Numbered from the whole stretch's first letter, positions 48,241 to 62,837 are shown. The stretch: DNA of 63,572 nucleotides, filler included, from Octopus bimaculoides (GCF_001194135.2; 4 parts of 4 records of this genome joined end to end with filler, not necessarily neighbours in it); one strand, 5' to 3'. Notes: generated from the letters alone by a model not told the origin. Numbers and translations: made by a program.

Positions 48241-49302
48241 CGGGTTCTCATTTCACACAGTATGAAGCCATGATGTTCCCTGTTTCTATACTCATAATGT
48301 TATACACATCGACAGGAAGGGAGAACCTGCGTAGCATACAACATGTTGTTGGTGATGTTGCAAAAGCAGACGATGCCGATTCCTAACGTAAATGATTTTG
48401 TGTAACGTTAGCATTACAGCGCTCTGCTTGCGTCTTGTATGGATAACCGTAATTGATACGTAACATGTATTTGCTTCATTCTAGTCATAATTAAGGTTAC
48501 ACATTGTGCACTCACGTTTTGTATTTTTCGCGCTCTATCTAATAAAATACCATTAAAATGAGAATGCGACTAATTAATCGGTATGCACTATATCGACAAA
48601 TTTATTTAATTGGTTGCAGTGATTATGTTATTATTGGATTAGCTACGAAAAGACAACAATTAACCATTATTCTGTCGTAGCTAAAATTACGCAGTTGGTT
48701 AAATGTGACAATACCATATAATGTTAATATAACCAAAACGGAAAATGGGGCTTTGCCACAAGCTTTTGACCATGTATACATGTGTTTGTATGTATATCTA
48801 TGTGTATTCATGCATGTGTTTGTAGGTATGTGTATGGCGTATATGTGTATGGGCTGTGTAAGTATATCTATTATATGTATGTAGGAATGTGTTTGTATGT
48901 ATGTGTATGTACGTATATGTAAGGTGTATGTATGTTTGAAAGTATATGTATATGTATGCATGTGTTTGTATGTAAATGCATGTATACGTATACGTTTGTG
49001 TGTGTCTGTATGTATGATTTTCCAGGAAGTTCCCCGTTCTCTGACTTTTCTAGGAAGTTGCCTTAAGTTGCCTTACCCTCGGACTTTTCCATGAAGTTCT
49101 ACATCCTCGGACATTTGCTAGGAAGGTGACTAAAAGAAAAATGATAGTCTTAAATTTTTGTAATGCAAAGAAGTGAATGAAATTATAGTTTACTTTAATT
49201 TTGATATCCGATACATCAAAAACTGAAACTCGGTTTTGGAATGCATAAGAAACATACGCACACAAGCACATACAAACTCACTGCATATATATATATATAT
49301 TT

Positions 49303-49455
49303 GACGGGCTTCTTTCTGTTTCCGACTAAAAAATTCACTCATATGGTTTTGGTCGGTCCGAAGCTATAGTAGAAGACACTTGTCCAAGATACCACGCAGT
49401 GGGACTGAATCCGGAACCATGTGGTTGGGAACCAAGCTTCTTACCACAAAGCTTC
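49303..49455 (-). mobile_element. SINE family A head and central region
   Basis: GACGGGCTTCTTTCTGTTTCCG...CAGTGGGACTGAATCCGGAACCATGTGG. Confidence 0.85.
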
Positions 49456-49899
49456 TACTGCTCCTGCATGTACAATATGTGTATGTATGCATTTGCATGT
49501 GTATGTACGTATTTATAAGTATGTGTCTGCATGTATATGTATGGTGTATGTGTGTGGTGTATACATGTGTTTGTATGTGTATGTATATGTATATATATAT
49601 AGTGTGTAAGTCTGAAGTGAAAATATAACTGGGCGATTTTCTAAAGCAACAAATGACACCATGATGTGTTTGCGTGGAATTTAATGAGAACAACCTTGTG
49701 TGTATATTTACGTATTGTAAACGACTCTGTGTATGTGTGTGTTTGTGTATGTTGGAGTGAGTTCATGTTTGGCATTGTGAATGTACATACGGGTCTGTAT
49801 TAGTCTGTGCATGTGTTTATATTTGTGGGTGTGTCACGGTGTGTGTGCGAGTGCGTGTTTCTGTGTAGCGTTAAACATGAATGTGATGGCACAGACGAT

Positions 49900-50250
49900 A
49901 ACGATGGAGCAGATGCTGTTGCTTGCTGCTGATAATGACGATGAGGATGGCGATAATATTCATGATGGTGATTGTGAGTGCTGTAGTGATGATGGTGATT
50001 CTGATGACGATGACGACCACAACGGTGATGATAATGTTGATGATGATGATGATGTTGATGATGATGATATCAAGGAGGAGAGGATAGTGATGATAGTAGT
50101 AGTGGTGGTGATGCTGATGGTGGTGGTGGTGATGATGAGGATACGACGACGACGACGACGATTATGATGATGATGATGACGATGACGGTGTAGTTGATGA
50201 TGTCAATGAGAAAAGGATGGTGATGATGGTAGTATTGGCGATGGTGGTGT

Positions 50251-50283
<33 letters not shown>

Positions 50284-50990
50284 CGATGACGATGATGATG
50301 ATGATGATGAAAAGAGAGTGTTGCGGAAGATGATGATGATAGTAGTGTTGTTGATGATGGTGAGGAACTTGATGATGATGATGATAATGATGGTGGTGAT
50401 GATGATTGGGAGGAGGATAATAGAAATCATGCTGATGAGGATTATGCTGATGATGATGATGATGAAGTTGTTTTTCTTCATGCAGATGATGAGAATTAAA
50501 CTATTCATTAGCCTCCGGTTTGTGATGAACGAGCCTGCATGCACGTGTGTGCGCGCGTGTGTACGATGACAATGGTGACGAATACGACAATGATGATGTT
50601 GATGCTGAGAAAGGTGGAGATGGTAACAGTAGTGGAGGGGGTGGTGGTGAGAACGATAATAGTAATTATGATGAGGATGACAATGACGACGACGAGGACG
50701 ATGATGATAATGTTGATTATCCTGATGGTGACAATCATTAAAATGATGAAGATGATAATGATGATAATGGTGTTGATGATAGTGATTATGATGATGATGA
50801 CGATGATGACAATGATGACGATGTTAATTATCCTAATGATGGCAATGATGATGATGATGACGATGATGATATGATAATGATGACGATAATGTTTATGATG
50901 ATGATGATGTTGTTTATCCTGATGATGTTGTTTATCCTGATGATGACAATCATTATGATGACGACGACGTCGACGACGTCGACGCTGGAG
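49900..50990. repeat. ~1.1-kb degenerate (GAT/GAC/GGT)n tract
   Basis: Direct reading. Confidence 0.9.
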
Positions 50991-51459
50991 AATGCCGTTA
51001 TTTTTCATCATCGTATCAAAGAAAATTAAACCTGAACACTGCCTCTCGTCTAGATAATAAGTTAATGGAGCGAAGAATTGAAAATGTGCAATAGTTACAC
51101 TGACAGAAGTGGGGGGAGGGGGCGTTTGGAGGAGGTGGCCATGGTGGTGATGGCAGTGGTGGGAACGGTAGACGGTGGCCAAAACTATGCAGCAGTGTTG
51201 ATGTGTAAATTATGATGGAGATTGTGTTGGTGGTAAGAGTGATGACGGCGATTGTGGTGGCGATGGAGGAATAAATTGTGTTGGCGGAGGAATTTCTGGT
51301 ATTAATTGTAGGCATCATATTCATAGCAATAGTGAAGGCACAATCATAGGGTAGTGAGTTCGATTCCAGGACCGGGCTGTGTGTTGTGATTTTGAACAAG
51401 GCATTTTATTTCTCGTTGCACCAGTTCACGCAACTGCAGAAATGAATTGCGTGCGTCAC

Positions 51460-51830
51460 TGGTGCGAGGAGAAAAGCGGAATGGTGACACCTTGTTCTCT
51501 GGACCAGAAGGTTCTTAAGATCCAGGAGCTCATCCTACAACCTATATCGACCTTATTGTTGACGTGGAAACTCCAACTGAGATTGTTATCAGCAATTACA
51601 CCCAGGTCTCTGATATTATTAGATGCCATGAGCGGATCCCTTGAAGGAAGAGAGTATGGCTGTTTTAATATAGTCTTTCTTCCAAAATGCATCAGCTCAG
51701 ATTTTCTCTCGTTTAGTTGCATTTTGTTAATGTAGATCAGACTGGAGTTGAGTTCGGTCTTCTTCTTCAGTGACGATTTACTGGAGCTTAGTGTCATCAG
51801 CAAATATTTTCACTTTGCAGTGATTTACGA
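51460..51830 (-). mobile_element. CR1/L2-group LINE RT C-terminal fragment
   Basis: KIFADDTKL, LQSDL, RDLGVIADNNLSW, WILRTF. Confidence 0.82.
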
Positions 51831-51856
51831 CGATGGAAAGGTCGTTTATGTCTGTC

Positions 51857-51966
<110 letters not shown>

Positions 51967-51967
51967 C

Positions 51968-52017
<50 letters not shown>

Positions 52018-52515
52018 GGAAGAAATCTGCTAGAATCAGACATGGAGACGTATGAACTCCACCAGGTCTTAAAATGCCCAAGACTTGCTGCTCGTTATAA
52101 TGGCACCACTGAGCGTTCATTAGAAGTAGCATCACTCGGCGATGTAGATGTAAACATTTAGAACAAAAGTTTCTTAATCTTTCGACATAAAATTAATTGT
52201 CCGGAAAATCGTAATTATATCAGAAAATACTCATCGCAGACATTTTGACGTGGTTCTGTGTACATGTTCAGAAAAAAGGTTACGGATATTCTGACACCAA
52301 ACTGATCGAAACATAATGTTGAAGTTAATCGGCATCTGTGTATCCTAATAAATTTATATGCACCATTGAAATGCATGATGTTGTGTTTATGTTTGTGAGA
52401 AAGTCTCTCTATAGATAAATACTGTTAAAAACGCAATACATACATATATATATTTATAAATATATATATATATAAATATAAATATATGTATATATAAGAA
52501 TATACACACACCCAT

Positions 52516-52560
<45 letters not shown>

Positions 52561-52562
<2 letters not shown>

Positions 52563-52646
52563 GGCTGTGTGGTAAGTAGCTTGCTTACCAACCACATGGT
52601 TCTGGGTTCAGTCCCACTGCGTGGCACCTTGGGCAAGTGTCTTCTC
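52561..52646 (+). mobile_element. SINE family A head
   Basis: GTGGCTGTGTGGTAAGTAGCTTGC...GGGTTCAGTCCCACTGCGTGGCACCTTGGGCAAG. Confidence 0.9.
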
Positions 52647-53719
52647 CGATATTTATTGCGGTCTTAACGCAACACAATATGTCTACGAAGAGATTCTTCT
52701 TTCAGACAAACGTACAACACAGAAATCCTTTTAACGGTGTATGTTTACCGAGTATGATATGCGGATGTGATCTCAATATCACGCTGTTTCAGTTGCGTTC
52801 ATCGAGTAGTGCATGGTAGTGCACCTTGTTTTATAACCCCAAATCCGTCCAAAATAAACAAATATACGATGAAACTGATATGAAACGTGGCCGTCTTTTC
52901 ATAGCTTTGGTCTTTTCTTCGTAATCTACAACAGAACTTGATTATCAACTGTGATTTCTATGTTTGCATTACGATTGTAAGATGTGATTTTAGATGGGAG
53001 TAATCTTCTAGCTTTAGCCGGTCGAGCGACCACGTAGACTTAATTAGTTGAAGCTAATAGCCCGAAAAATTGTAATCGCATTAACTAAGCGCACTGCTTA
53101 GTTGTTGTTCTTCAAACGCTGTAATGCAATTACTGTTTAGGCGATTTGGTTTTTATGTTTGACTTGCAATTTTCTTGATGAGAAATGGTGTGTTGAAACA
53201 AATGTTGTTGTATCTTGAGAGGGTCATCACACCAATAATAAATGCAGACACACACACACACTGGTTCTAATTCACTTCTTTATTATCATTATCATCATTT
53301 AAGCAACTAACTAATCGATATCTTGCTTAGTCATTCGATTAAATAGTCAATGGAATATTTCTCAAAGTCCTTTCGTCGCTGTTCCTGAAAATCTGTTACA
53401 AAATAATTCAACCAATGGATTTGTTCCATTCGTTTAGTTCAGTCACCAATTCTAATTTTAATTTTTCTTTATGGAACTTTTTAGAAGCTATGAAGATTTC
53501 TAACCACTTCAAAGAAAATTTATTTAGATTATTGGTTCTTTTCATTCATGCCTGTATTTCTCATGTTTATTATCCCTAGAACATTGTAAACGCCAGAAGC
53601 AGCGTATAGAGATGACACAACGTACTTCACGCATGCGTGCTATGTACTGATAACGTTCTTGGCGAAAACCTGCATCTATAGCGCAACTGAAATACATTAT
53701 CATCATTATTATTATTGAC

Positions 53720-54115
53720 TGAATGGTTAGCAAGGTGCGCAAAATGCTTCGGGGTATTTTGTCTATCTTCATGTTCTAAGTTCAAATTCCGCCGAGGTTC
53801 ACTTTGTCTTTCATCCTTTCGGGGTCGATAAAAAGAGTACCAATTGAGCACTGGGGTCGATGTAATCGATTAATGTCCTCACCCAAAATTTCAGGCCTTG
53901 AGCCTTCAATAGAAACGACTATTATTATTATTATTTTTATTATTATTATTATTATTATTGGCAGAATCGTTAGCACGCCGGGCAAAATGCTTAGCGACAT
54001 TTCGTCTGTCTTTACGTTCTGTGTCCACATTCCGCCGGGCTCGACTTTGAGCACTGGATGTCATCGACTTACCCCTTGCCCCGAAATTGCTGGCCTTGTG
54101 CCAACATTTGAAACC
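53720..54115 (+). mobile_element. Two tandem SINE family B copies separated by (ATT)n
   Basis: 53720-53915 and 53958-54115. Confidence 0.85.
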
Positions 54116-54754
54116 ATTATTCTCTTTGCTGTCTTGTGTGTATCATCATTTCATTTACTATTATTCCCTTACACATATTCACCCCTAGGGAATCATTTAT
54201 TCTCAACACCCAACCCGCTTTCTATCACAAACACAGACGTTTGCAACCACACTCACACACACACGCACACACAGAAACACGCGTGCGCACAAACACACGC
54301 ACATACACACACAATGTCCTTATTTCTCTATCTCTTAGCATTTTTATTTCCATATGTTGAGTCTCTCTCTCTCTCCCTGAATCATTACTCTATCTCTCTC
54401 TCTCACTCAATCTCTTTCTCTCCTTTACCGTCTTTCTCCCTCGGTCTCATTCTTCCCTCTCATTCAATTTCTTTCTCTTTTATTTTATTCCTTCTTTTTC
54501 TTCGATTTAGTTCTCTTTCTTTAGCTAACAGCAATTTTCTTTCTTTCAAGAACATAAAAATTCATTTATTTTCAAGATGGTTAGTATTATTATTTCTGCT
54601 TCCACAAATATTTTTCTTTAAATACTACTTCGCAGTTAGTAATAGTAGTATTAAAGAAAAAAAAAAATAATGTTAACAAGAAAAAAAAAATCTTACTAAT
54701 AGTAATACTAAAAATAACAATATTAATATCAACATAGAACAACGACACAGCACG

Positions 54755-54758
54755 ATAG

Positions 54759-54801
<43 letters not shown>

Positions 54802-54802
54802 C

Positions 54803-54840
<38 letters not shown>

Positions 54841-54925
54841 TAATAATAATAATAATGATGATGATGAGGAGGAGGAGGATAATAATGATAATAGTAATAA
54901 CCACCACCACGACAACAACAACAGC

Positions 54926-55006
<81 letters not shown>

Positions 55007-55045
55007 AAGAAGAAGAAGAAGGAGAAGAAGAAGAAGAAGAAGAAG
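54755..55045. repeat. Compound (AAT)n/(GAT)n/(AGA)n microsatellite
   Basis: Direct reading. Confidence 0.95.
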
Positions 55046-55562
55046 TAGTACCGCACTTGCTCCTACAAACGTAAGCCGTGCAACTTTCATCTTTCCCGTC
55101 GTTTCTGCGTTCTAAGGAAGTTTTTCTTTACGTTAGGTTATATATTTTTGCAAGACTTCTTTTCTCTACGACAAGAAATGGAATGTGTGCGTGTGTGTAT
55201 CGGTGTGTGTGCGCGCGCATGTACCTCTTAATATATATTCTTCCTCTTTTTTTTTTTTGCTCTTAAATGAAAAAGAAATGTAACTCATACACAGAAATAC
55301 ACGTGTGTATATTTGTGTTTATATATTTCTGAATGCTCCTATACACACACACACACATCCGCCTACACATACTCACACACACACAAACACACACACACAC
55401 ACATATATATATACGTATGTATAAGTGTGTGTGTGTGTGAATATATATAAAGATATAAATAAAAATATATGCAGTTATATATATGCGTGTATATATCTAC
55501 ACAAGTTATTAAACGCATATGTAGATGAATACATACAGCAATGCATACATACATACATACAT

Positions 55563-55597
<35 letters not shown>

Positions 55598-56296
55598 TAT
55601 ATATATATTTGCATGTGTGTATATGTATGTATGTAATACTCTTTATTCCGATTTCAAACTGAATTTCTTTTTATATGTTTTCGTATCGATCTTACTAATG
55701 AGTGTTCAGGAATATTGATCGTTCGATTGAAGACAAGTAGAGCACGAGTGCAACTAATGCAATTGAAGTGATGCATCGTAGCATAAATAGTGCTAATACT
55801 ATACGCAACTTACTCTCAAAGCCTCTCTTTCACTCTCTTACATAAATACACACATATATAGATATACGCATAATGCATGCGTGTATGCATGTATGTATGT
55901 ATATATGTGTGTGTGTATGTATCAAGGACGTTTCTGGAATTAATGGATTCTTCTATTCTTGCAAGATGTTATAATGTACAGTTCCAACCAAACACCATTA
56001 ACCTTGATGGTGTCTGCAATTATGTCTTTAAATCTTACATAATCCCACGCTATTTTTGAAAAAGAAAAAATAAATAAAGGATTTTCTTTCTTCTTAAAGA
56101 AAATATTTCACGTTTCGTTCGCTGGAATTTCAAATAGTCTTCTACGTTATATTTACAAAAATATTTCGGTTAGATGCTAAATGCTACGTATTTCAAAAAA
56201 AAAAAAAAGAAAAAAAATTAATGGCTGTTGTTGATGTTGTTGTCGTTGTTCATCCTAAGCCTTACTGGGAAATAAAATAAATTATTATTATTTTAT

Positions 56297-56627
56297 TGTC
56301 TTTGCACAGCTTCTAACGCTGGAGATAGTCTACGGTGCCAGTTGTTCGAGCACCTTCCGGTGTATTCGAGCGGTTCCAAGCAGTGCTGTTTTCTGCAAGT
56401 GATCCACCCTTATTGCATCCCCTATTTGTTCCATGTACTTCTCAAGATTTTTACTCACTGATCCCAGGGCTTCGACAATTATTGGTACTACAACCACCTT
56501 TTTCATCGACCACAGCTGCTTAACCTCCCAAGCTAACCTGTTATATCTATCGACTTTTCTTTCTTCCTTATCGCATACCTTGTTGTCAGCTGGGCATCTA
56601 TGATCCAGCAACGTTTGCTTCCTTTGC
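56297..56627 (-). mobile_element. R4/Dong-like non-LTR retrotransposon 3' fragment (RLE endonuclease end) within (TAA)n
   Basis: CPADNKVCDKEERKVDRY...VVPIIVEALG...LQKTALLGTARIHRKVL; (TTA)n on both sides. Confidence 0.8.
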
Positions 56628-56667
<40 letters not shown>

Positions 56668-57413
56668 GAGTGAGAGAGCAGGGCATGTCATTCTTCTTCT
56701 TCTTCTTCTTCTTCTTCTTCTTCTTCTTCTTCTTCTTCTTCTTCTTCTTCTTCTTCTTCTTCTTNNNNNNNNNNNNNNNNNNNNNNNNNNNNNNNNNNNN
56801 NNNNNNNNNNNNNNNNNNNNNNNNNNNNNNNNNNNNNNNNNNNNNNNNNNNNNNNNNNNNNNNNNNNNNNNNNNNNNNNNNNNNNNNNNNNNNNNNNNNN
56901 NNNNNNNNNNNNNNNNNNNNNNNNNNNNNNNNNNNNNNNNNNNNNNNNNNNNNNNNNNNNNNNNNNNNNNNNNNNNNNNNNNNNNNNNNNNNNNNNNNNN
57001 NNNNNNNNNNNNNNNNNNNNNNNNNNNNNNNNNNNNNNNNNNNNNNNNNNNNNNNNNNNNNNNNNNNNNNNNNNNNNNNNNNNNNNNNNNNNNNNNNNNN
57101 NNNNNNNNNNNNNNNNNNNNNNNNNNNNNNNNNNNNNNNNNNNNNNNNNNNNNNNNNNNNNNNNNNNNNNNNNNNNNNNNNNNNNNNNNNNNNNNNNNNN
57201 NNNNNNNNNNNNNNNNNNNNNNNNNNNNNNNNNNNNNNNNNNNNNNNNNNNNNNNNNNNNNNNNNNNNNNNNNNNNNNNNNNAAACTAAACAATTTCGGG
57301 TTAGTACAGAATTTTTTTTTTAATCTAGCAGTGAATATTCAGCTGTCACTCATAATAATTATCTTCGTGTGTTTGTATGTGCATACATATATACATATAT
57401 ACATGCATATATA

Positions 57414-57454
<41 letters not shown>

Positions 57455-57760
57455 TTACACACACATACACACATATATATAAACATATGCATATGTGTGT
57501 GTAAACAGAGGAAAATGATTAGCACCTATCTATCTATCTATCTATCTATCCATGTGTGTGTGTGTGTGTATGTATGTGTGTGAGTGTTTGTGTGACTGTG
57601 TCTATTCATGCATGTATGTATATGTCAAAATGATTGGACATTCTTTATTGCTGAAATGTTTATGACTGTCTGAAATTGAATAACTTCATTTAAATTTTTA
57701 CAGAAAATCAATAAAACATTAACACACAGCACATCATTTTAGTGTGTGAGTACACACACG

Positions 57761-57793
<33 letters not shown>

Positions 57794-57800
57794 GTATATA

Positions 57801-57843
<43 letters not shown>

Positions 57844-58384
57844 NNNNNNNNNNNNNNNNNNNNNNNNNNNNNNNNNNNNNNNNNNNNNNNNNNNNNNNNN
57901 NNNNNNNNNNNNNNNNNNNNNNNNNNNNNNNNNNNNNNNNNNNNNNNNNNNNNNNNNNNNNNNNNNNNNNNNNNNNNNNNNNNNNNNNNNNNNNNNNNNN
58001 NNNNNNNNNNNNNNNNNNNNNNNNNNNNNNNNNNNNNNNNNNNNNNNNNNNNNNNNNNNNNNNNNNNNNNNNNNNNNNNNNNNNNNNNNNNNNNNNNNNN
58101 NNNNNNNNNNNNNNNNNNNNNNNNNNNNNNNNNNNNNNNNNNNNNNNNNNNNNNNNNNNNNNNNNNNNNNNNNNNNNNNNNNNNNNNNNNNNNNNNNNNN
58201 NNNNNNNNNNNNNNNNNNNNNNNNNNNNNNNNNNNNNNNNNNNNNNNNNNNNNNNNNNNNNNNNNNNNNNNNNNNNNNNNNNNNNNNNNNNNNNNNNNNN
58301 NNNNNNNNNNNNNNNNNNNNNNNNNNNNNNNNNNNNNNNNNNNNNNNNNNNNNNNNNNNNNNNNNNNNNNNNNNNNNNNNNNNN

Positions 58385-58423
<39 letters not shown>

Positions 58424-58799
58424 TTGTATGTGTCCATGTTTGTATGAGCGCTTCCGCATTGTAAATTTGACTGCACGTGCTTTTCTTTTTTTTAGCGAAG
58501 TTATCTAATAACTTTCTAATTTATGTTTATAGAGGTTCAGTTTCAATTCTCAACAAGTTCTTGATCATATCTTTTTTTCTATGCTTTCATTTTCTCTTTT
58601 TTTGTTGTTTTTTTTTTTGCTCTCTACTTTTGTCCAATGTCGCACTATGTCCCGTACCCGTGACTGGTGTGACAGGCAAAGCAATTTCTTACGATGTTCG
58701 AATTACAGCCATCTAAATTTTAGTTTTGAGTTCCACCAAACACATTTCGCCTTTAATTTTCAAGAGTTGTTAAAATAACAATTATTCATATAATCTTTT

Positions 58800-58988
58800 C
58801 TACTATAGGCACAAGGCCTGAAATTCATGGAGAGGGGACTGGTCGAATACACCGACCCAAGTGTTTCACTGCTAATTATTTTATCGACCCTGAACGGATG
58901 AAAAGCAAAGTCGACACCGGCGGAATTTGAACTCAGAACGTAGCGGCAGACGAAGTCGCGCTAGCATTTAGCGCGCCGTACTAACGAG
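58800..58988 (-). mobile_element. SINE family B
   Basis: TACTATAGGCACAAGGCCTGAAATT...GGCGGAATTTGAACTCAGAACGTA. Confidence 0.85.
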
Positions 58989-59630
58989 TCTGCCAGCTCG
59001 CTGCCTTAGCAATTATTTATATAATGAAATCAATTGAATCGATTAGATCCTTCACCCAAACCTTTTGGTCTTGTATGGATATTGGAAATGGTTATTATTT
59101 TCCTCAAACGAATCCATATTTTTTTTTGTTTGCATATTACGATTTATAAGACTGACGACTGGGACTCCGAAATGATTTACACACAATAGGGGAATTAATG
59201 CAGTTGACACTGGCTTACGCTCATTGTCTGATGCCCATATACTGCATTAATATTCCTCGCACTTTCCGTTGCGTTGTTGCCTTTATTGAACTCATAAAGC
59301 AAAATATGCCAAATATACACCTTTGTTACAAAAAAACTGTTAAAATCGAACTGCACTCTTCTAAACTTGCACTAAGAATAAAGACAAGGTAAAATTACTG
59401 CCTACTTTTATAACAAGTTGATACAAGTAGTTTATCTCCCCGCTCCGACTTTTAGTTCATGCAATTGAAAAAGCCGCATTATTTATGGGATGATCGAGTA
59501 TATCAATATATCAATATATATANNNNNNNNNNNNNNNNNNNNNNNNNNNNNNNNNNNNNNNNNNNNTTAATTAATTAANNNNNNNNNNNNNNNNNNNNNN
59601 NNNNNNNNNNNNNNNNNNNNNNATATATAT

Positions 59631-59800
59631 ATAGGGAGAATTCACGAAAAAAACAACAGACGAAGACAGGTGGTGTAGACAACAAATGTATGTATTAGTT
59701 TAGCGCTCGGGAATAGAGAAAGACTTTAACGTTTCGAGCCTATACTCTTCAAAAGAAAGGAACACGGAAAGAAAGAAGGAGAGAAAGAAGGAGAGAAAAA
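59631..59800 (-). mobile_element. Short repeat family F, second copy, hammerhead-like motif at 59724-59759
   Basis: Minus strand CTTT-CTTTTGAA-GAGT-ATAG-GCTC-GAA-ACGT-T-AAAG. Confidence 0.55.
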
Positions 59801-59919
59801 AATGTGTGTAGTGGTCGGCGATCTATACATATATATGTAAATGCATATGTACATAGATGTATGTATATGTATACATGCATTCGTATATACATACAGACAT
59901 ATATATGTGCGTATATATG

Positions 59920-59988
<69 letters not shown>

Positions 59989-60329
59989 ATGGATATATAT
60001 ATATATGTATATATATATATATGCCACAAAGCATATTTTCCGCCGCTCTGACACTCTAGTTATTCTGCTAATTCACAACTGGTGATATAAGTCGATGCCA
60101 TCCACCCCATTACTTGGCTGGTGCTTTATTTTATCGACTCTGGATCTAAAGAGTTAAACTTAAAAGGGAAAATATAGCACTGCTAACACACGATATTAAC
60201 TTGTAGAGCTATAACATACTTGGTGTATATGTATATGTGTGTGTGTATACATAATTAAGGGATAAGCAAATGAAATATTGTGGCCTCACCTTCAATTAAG
60301 AAGACGTACTGTTTAATAAAATGAGGAGT

Positions 60330-60530
60330 TGTTGGTCATTATTGGCCTTGTTGTAATTCAAAAGGACCAACCTTGTCACATTTTTTCTGACGCTGAATCT
60401 CCCTGAGAACTATTTTAAGGGTACGCGTGTCTGTCGTGTTCTCAGCCATTTGCAAGTTAATTTCGTGTTCTGTTGATCGAATGAACTGGAAATCTCGTCG
60501 GTGTAACTGATGGAGAGTCCGGCTAGGCGG
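60330..60530 (+). mobile_element. SINE family C, diverged
   Basis: GACGCTGAATCTCCCTGAGAACTATTTTAAGGGTACGCGTGTCTG. Confidence 0.7.
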
Positions 60531-60849
60531 ATCAGGACTAAGCTTAGGTCAAACAATAATATGAAACTTAAGCCAAGGAAAAAATACGGTCGTTGTTGGT
60601 GATGTTGTTGGTGTTGTTGTTGGTGTTGTTGTTGGGTCATCTTTAATCATGCACACCCTCTGACCTCACAATAGGCTAGAAATAGTAGCCACATTTCCCT
60701 CAAATCATACATGCTGTGTATTCAAAACTCGAACGCCTTTGGTCAGAAGGTCCGCATGATTAAAGATGACCTCGGCTTAAACAACCCCTATCAACAACAC
60801 CAACACCAACAACAACAACCATAATTCTTTTATTTCCTCTCCAAAGTCT

Positions 60850-60885
60850 GCCTTCTCAACCATTTCGTCTCTCTTTTTTCTCTAC

Positions 60886-60949
<64 letters not shown>

Positions 60950-61330
60950 TGCAACCTCTCTTTTTCTCTCACTTTTCCTCTCTATCTTTCTCCCTCCAAC
61001 CCTTTCCTCTACCTCTTTCTCTCTGTCCCTTTTTCCCTCTCCTTTTCTCCCTCTTTTTGTTATCTCTCACCCATCCTCTCTCTCTCTGTCTCCCTTCCTC
61101 TTTAACGTTCTCCTTCCACCTCTCTCCCCCTCTCTTTCTCTCGCGTTCTCTCCGTCAATTTCTTTCGCTCTCTATCCCTTTCCCTCTCTCTCTCCTCTCT
61201 CTTTCTCTGTATCTTTTTCTCTCTTTGTTTCTCTCCCTTCCTATCTCTCCCACTCTCTCTCTCTTTCTTTATCTCTCTCCCTTCCTCTCCCCCTCTCTAT
61301 CTCTGTATCTAACTATCAATCTATCTCTCG
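60850..61330. repeat. CT-rich low-complexity tract
   Basis: Direct reading. Confidence 0.9.
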
Positions 61331-61568
61331 GCCCCTTCCACACGCACGCTACCTTCTGCCAGGCTCCCACGCTAATTAATCCCATCATTTAACAATACCA
61401 ATAAATATGGTTCCCTTTTAACACAGGGGATTAACAAGTTTTCTAGAATTTCTTTGATTCCATTTTCATATTTCTACTTCTTTTACCTTTTTTCTCTCTA
61501 AAATTGATTTACAATAACTTCCGTTCCACCGCTCATTCACACAAATGCGTAGTATATACACACAGGGG

Positions 61569-61601
<33 letters not shown>

Positions 61602-61729
61602 NNNNNNNNNNNNNNNNNNNNNNNNNNNNNNNNNNNNNNNNNNNNTTAATTAATTAANNNNNNNNNNNNNNNNNNNNNNNNNNNNNNNNNNNNNNNNNNN
61701 NATTATTATTATTATTATTATTATTTCAA

Positions 61730-62310
61730 CTGTAGGCACAAGGCCTGAAAATTTGGGGGAGAAGATAAGTCGATTACATTGGCCCTAGTACTCAACTGGT
61801 ACTTATTTTATCAACCTCGAAAGGGTGAATGGTAAAGTCGACCTCGCTTTTAATAATAATAATGATGATGGTTTCAAATTTTACCACAAGGGTAGCCATT
61901 TTAGGGTAGAGGATGCGTCGATTATATTGACCTCAGTGTTTCACTGATACTTAATTTATCAACCCCGAAAAGATGAGAGGTAAAGTCGACCTCGGCGGAA
62001 TTTGAACTCAGAATATAGCGACGCGCAAAATTCCGCTAAGCATTTAGCCCGGGTGCTGATAAGTCTGCCAGTTCACCATCTTAATAATGATAATCCCTTC
62101 TACTATAGGCACAAGGCCTGGAATTTGTGGGGTGGGGGGGTAGTCGATCACATCGATCCCCAGTACTTCACTGGTACTTAATTTATTGACCCCGAAAGGA
62201 TGAAAGGCAAAGTCGCCTTTGGCGGAATTTGAATCCAGAACGTAAAGACGGACAAAATACTGCAAAGCATTTTGCCCGGCGTACTAACGATTCTACCAAT
62301 TCACTGCCTT
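61730..62310 (-). mobile_element. Three tandem SINE family B copies
   Basis: 61730-61847, 61875-62075, 62100-62310, separated by short (AAT)n. Confidence 0.85.
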
Positions 62311-62837
62311 GATAATAATAATNNNNNNNNNNNNNNNNNNNNNNNNNNNNNNNNNNNNNNNNNNNNNNNNNNNNNNNNNNNNNNNNNNNNNNNNNNNNNN
62401 NNNNNNNNNNNNNNNNNNNNNNNNNNNNNNNNNNNNNNNNNNNNNNNNNNNNNNNNNNNNNNNNNNNNNNNNNNNNNNNNNNNNNNNNNNNNNNNNNNNN
62501 NNNNNNNNNNNNNNNNNNNNNNNNNNNNNNNNNNNNNNNNNNNNNNNNNNNNNNNNNNNNNNNNNNNNNNNNNNNNNNNNNNNNNNNNNNNNNNNNNNNN
62601 NNNNNNNNNNNNNNNNNNNNNNNNNNNNNNNNNNNNNNNNNNNNNNNNNNNNNNNNNNNNNNNNNNNNNNNNNNNNNNNNNNNNNNNNNNNNNNNNNNNN
62701 NNNNNNNNNNNNNNNNNNNNNNNNNNNNNNNNNNNNNNNNNNNNNNNNNNNNNNNNNNNNNNNNNNNNNNNNNNNNNNNNNNNNNNNNNNNNNNNNNNNN
62801 NNNNNNNNNNNATAATAATAATAATAATAATAATAAT

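Noticed and set aside
49781-51182. Asp/Met/Ile-rich ORFs suggesting an acidic biomineral or reflectin-like protein
   Set aside because: Degenerate (GAT)n; frequent TGA/TAA in the frames; no reflectin motif or splice support
52561-52620. tRNA genes at SINE heads (also 47572, 31540-31588)
   Set aside because: A/B boxes run straight into shared SINE bodies; no complete cloverleaf seen
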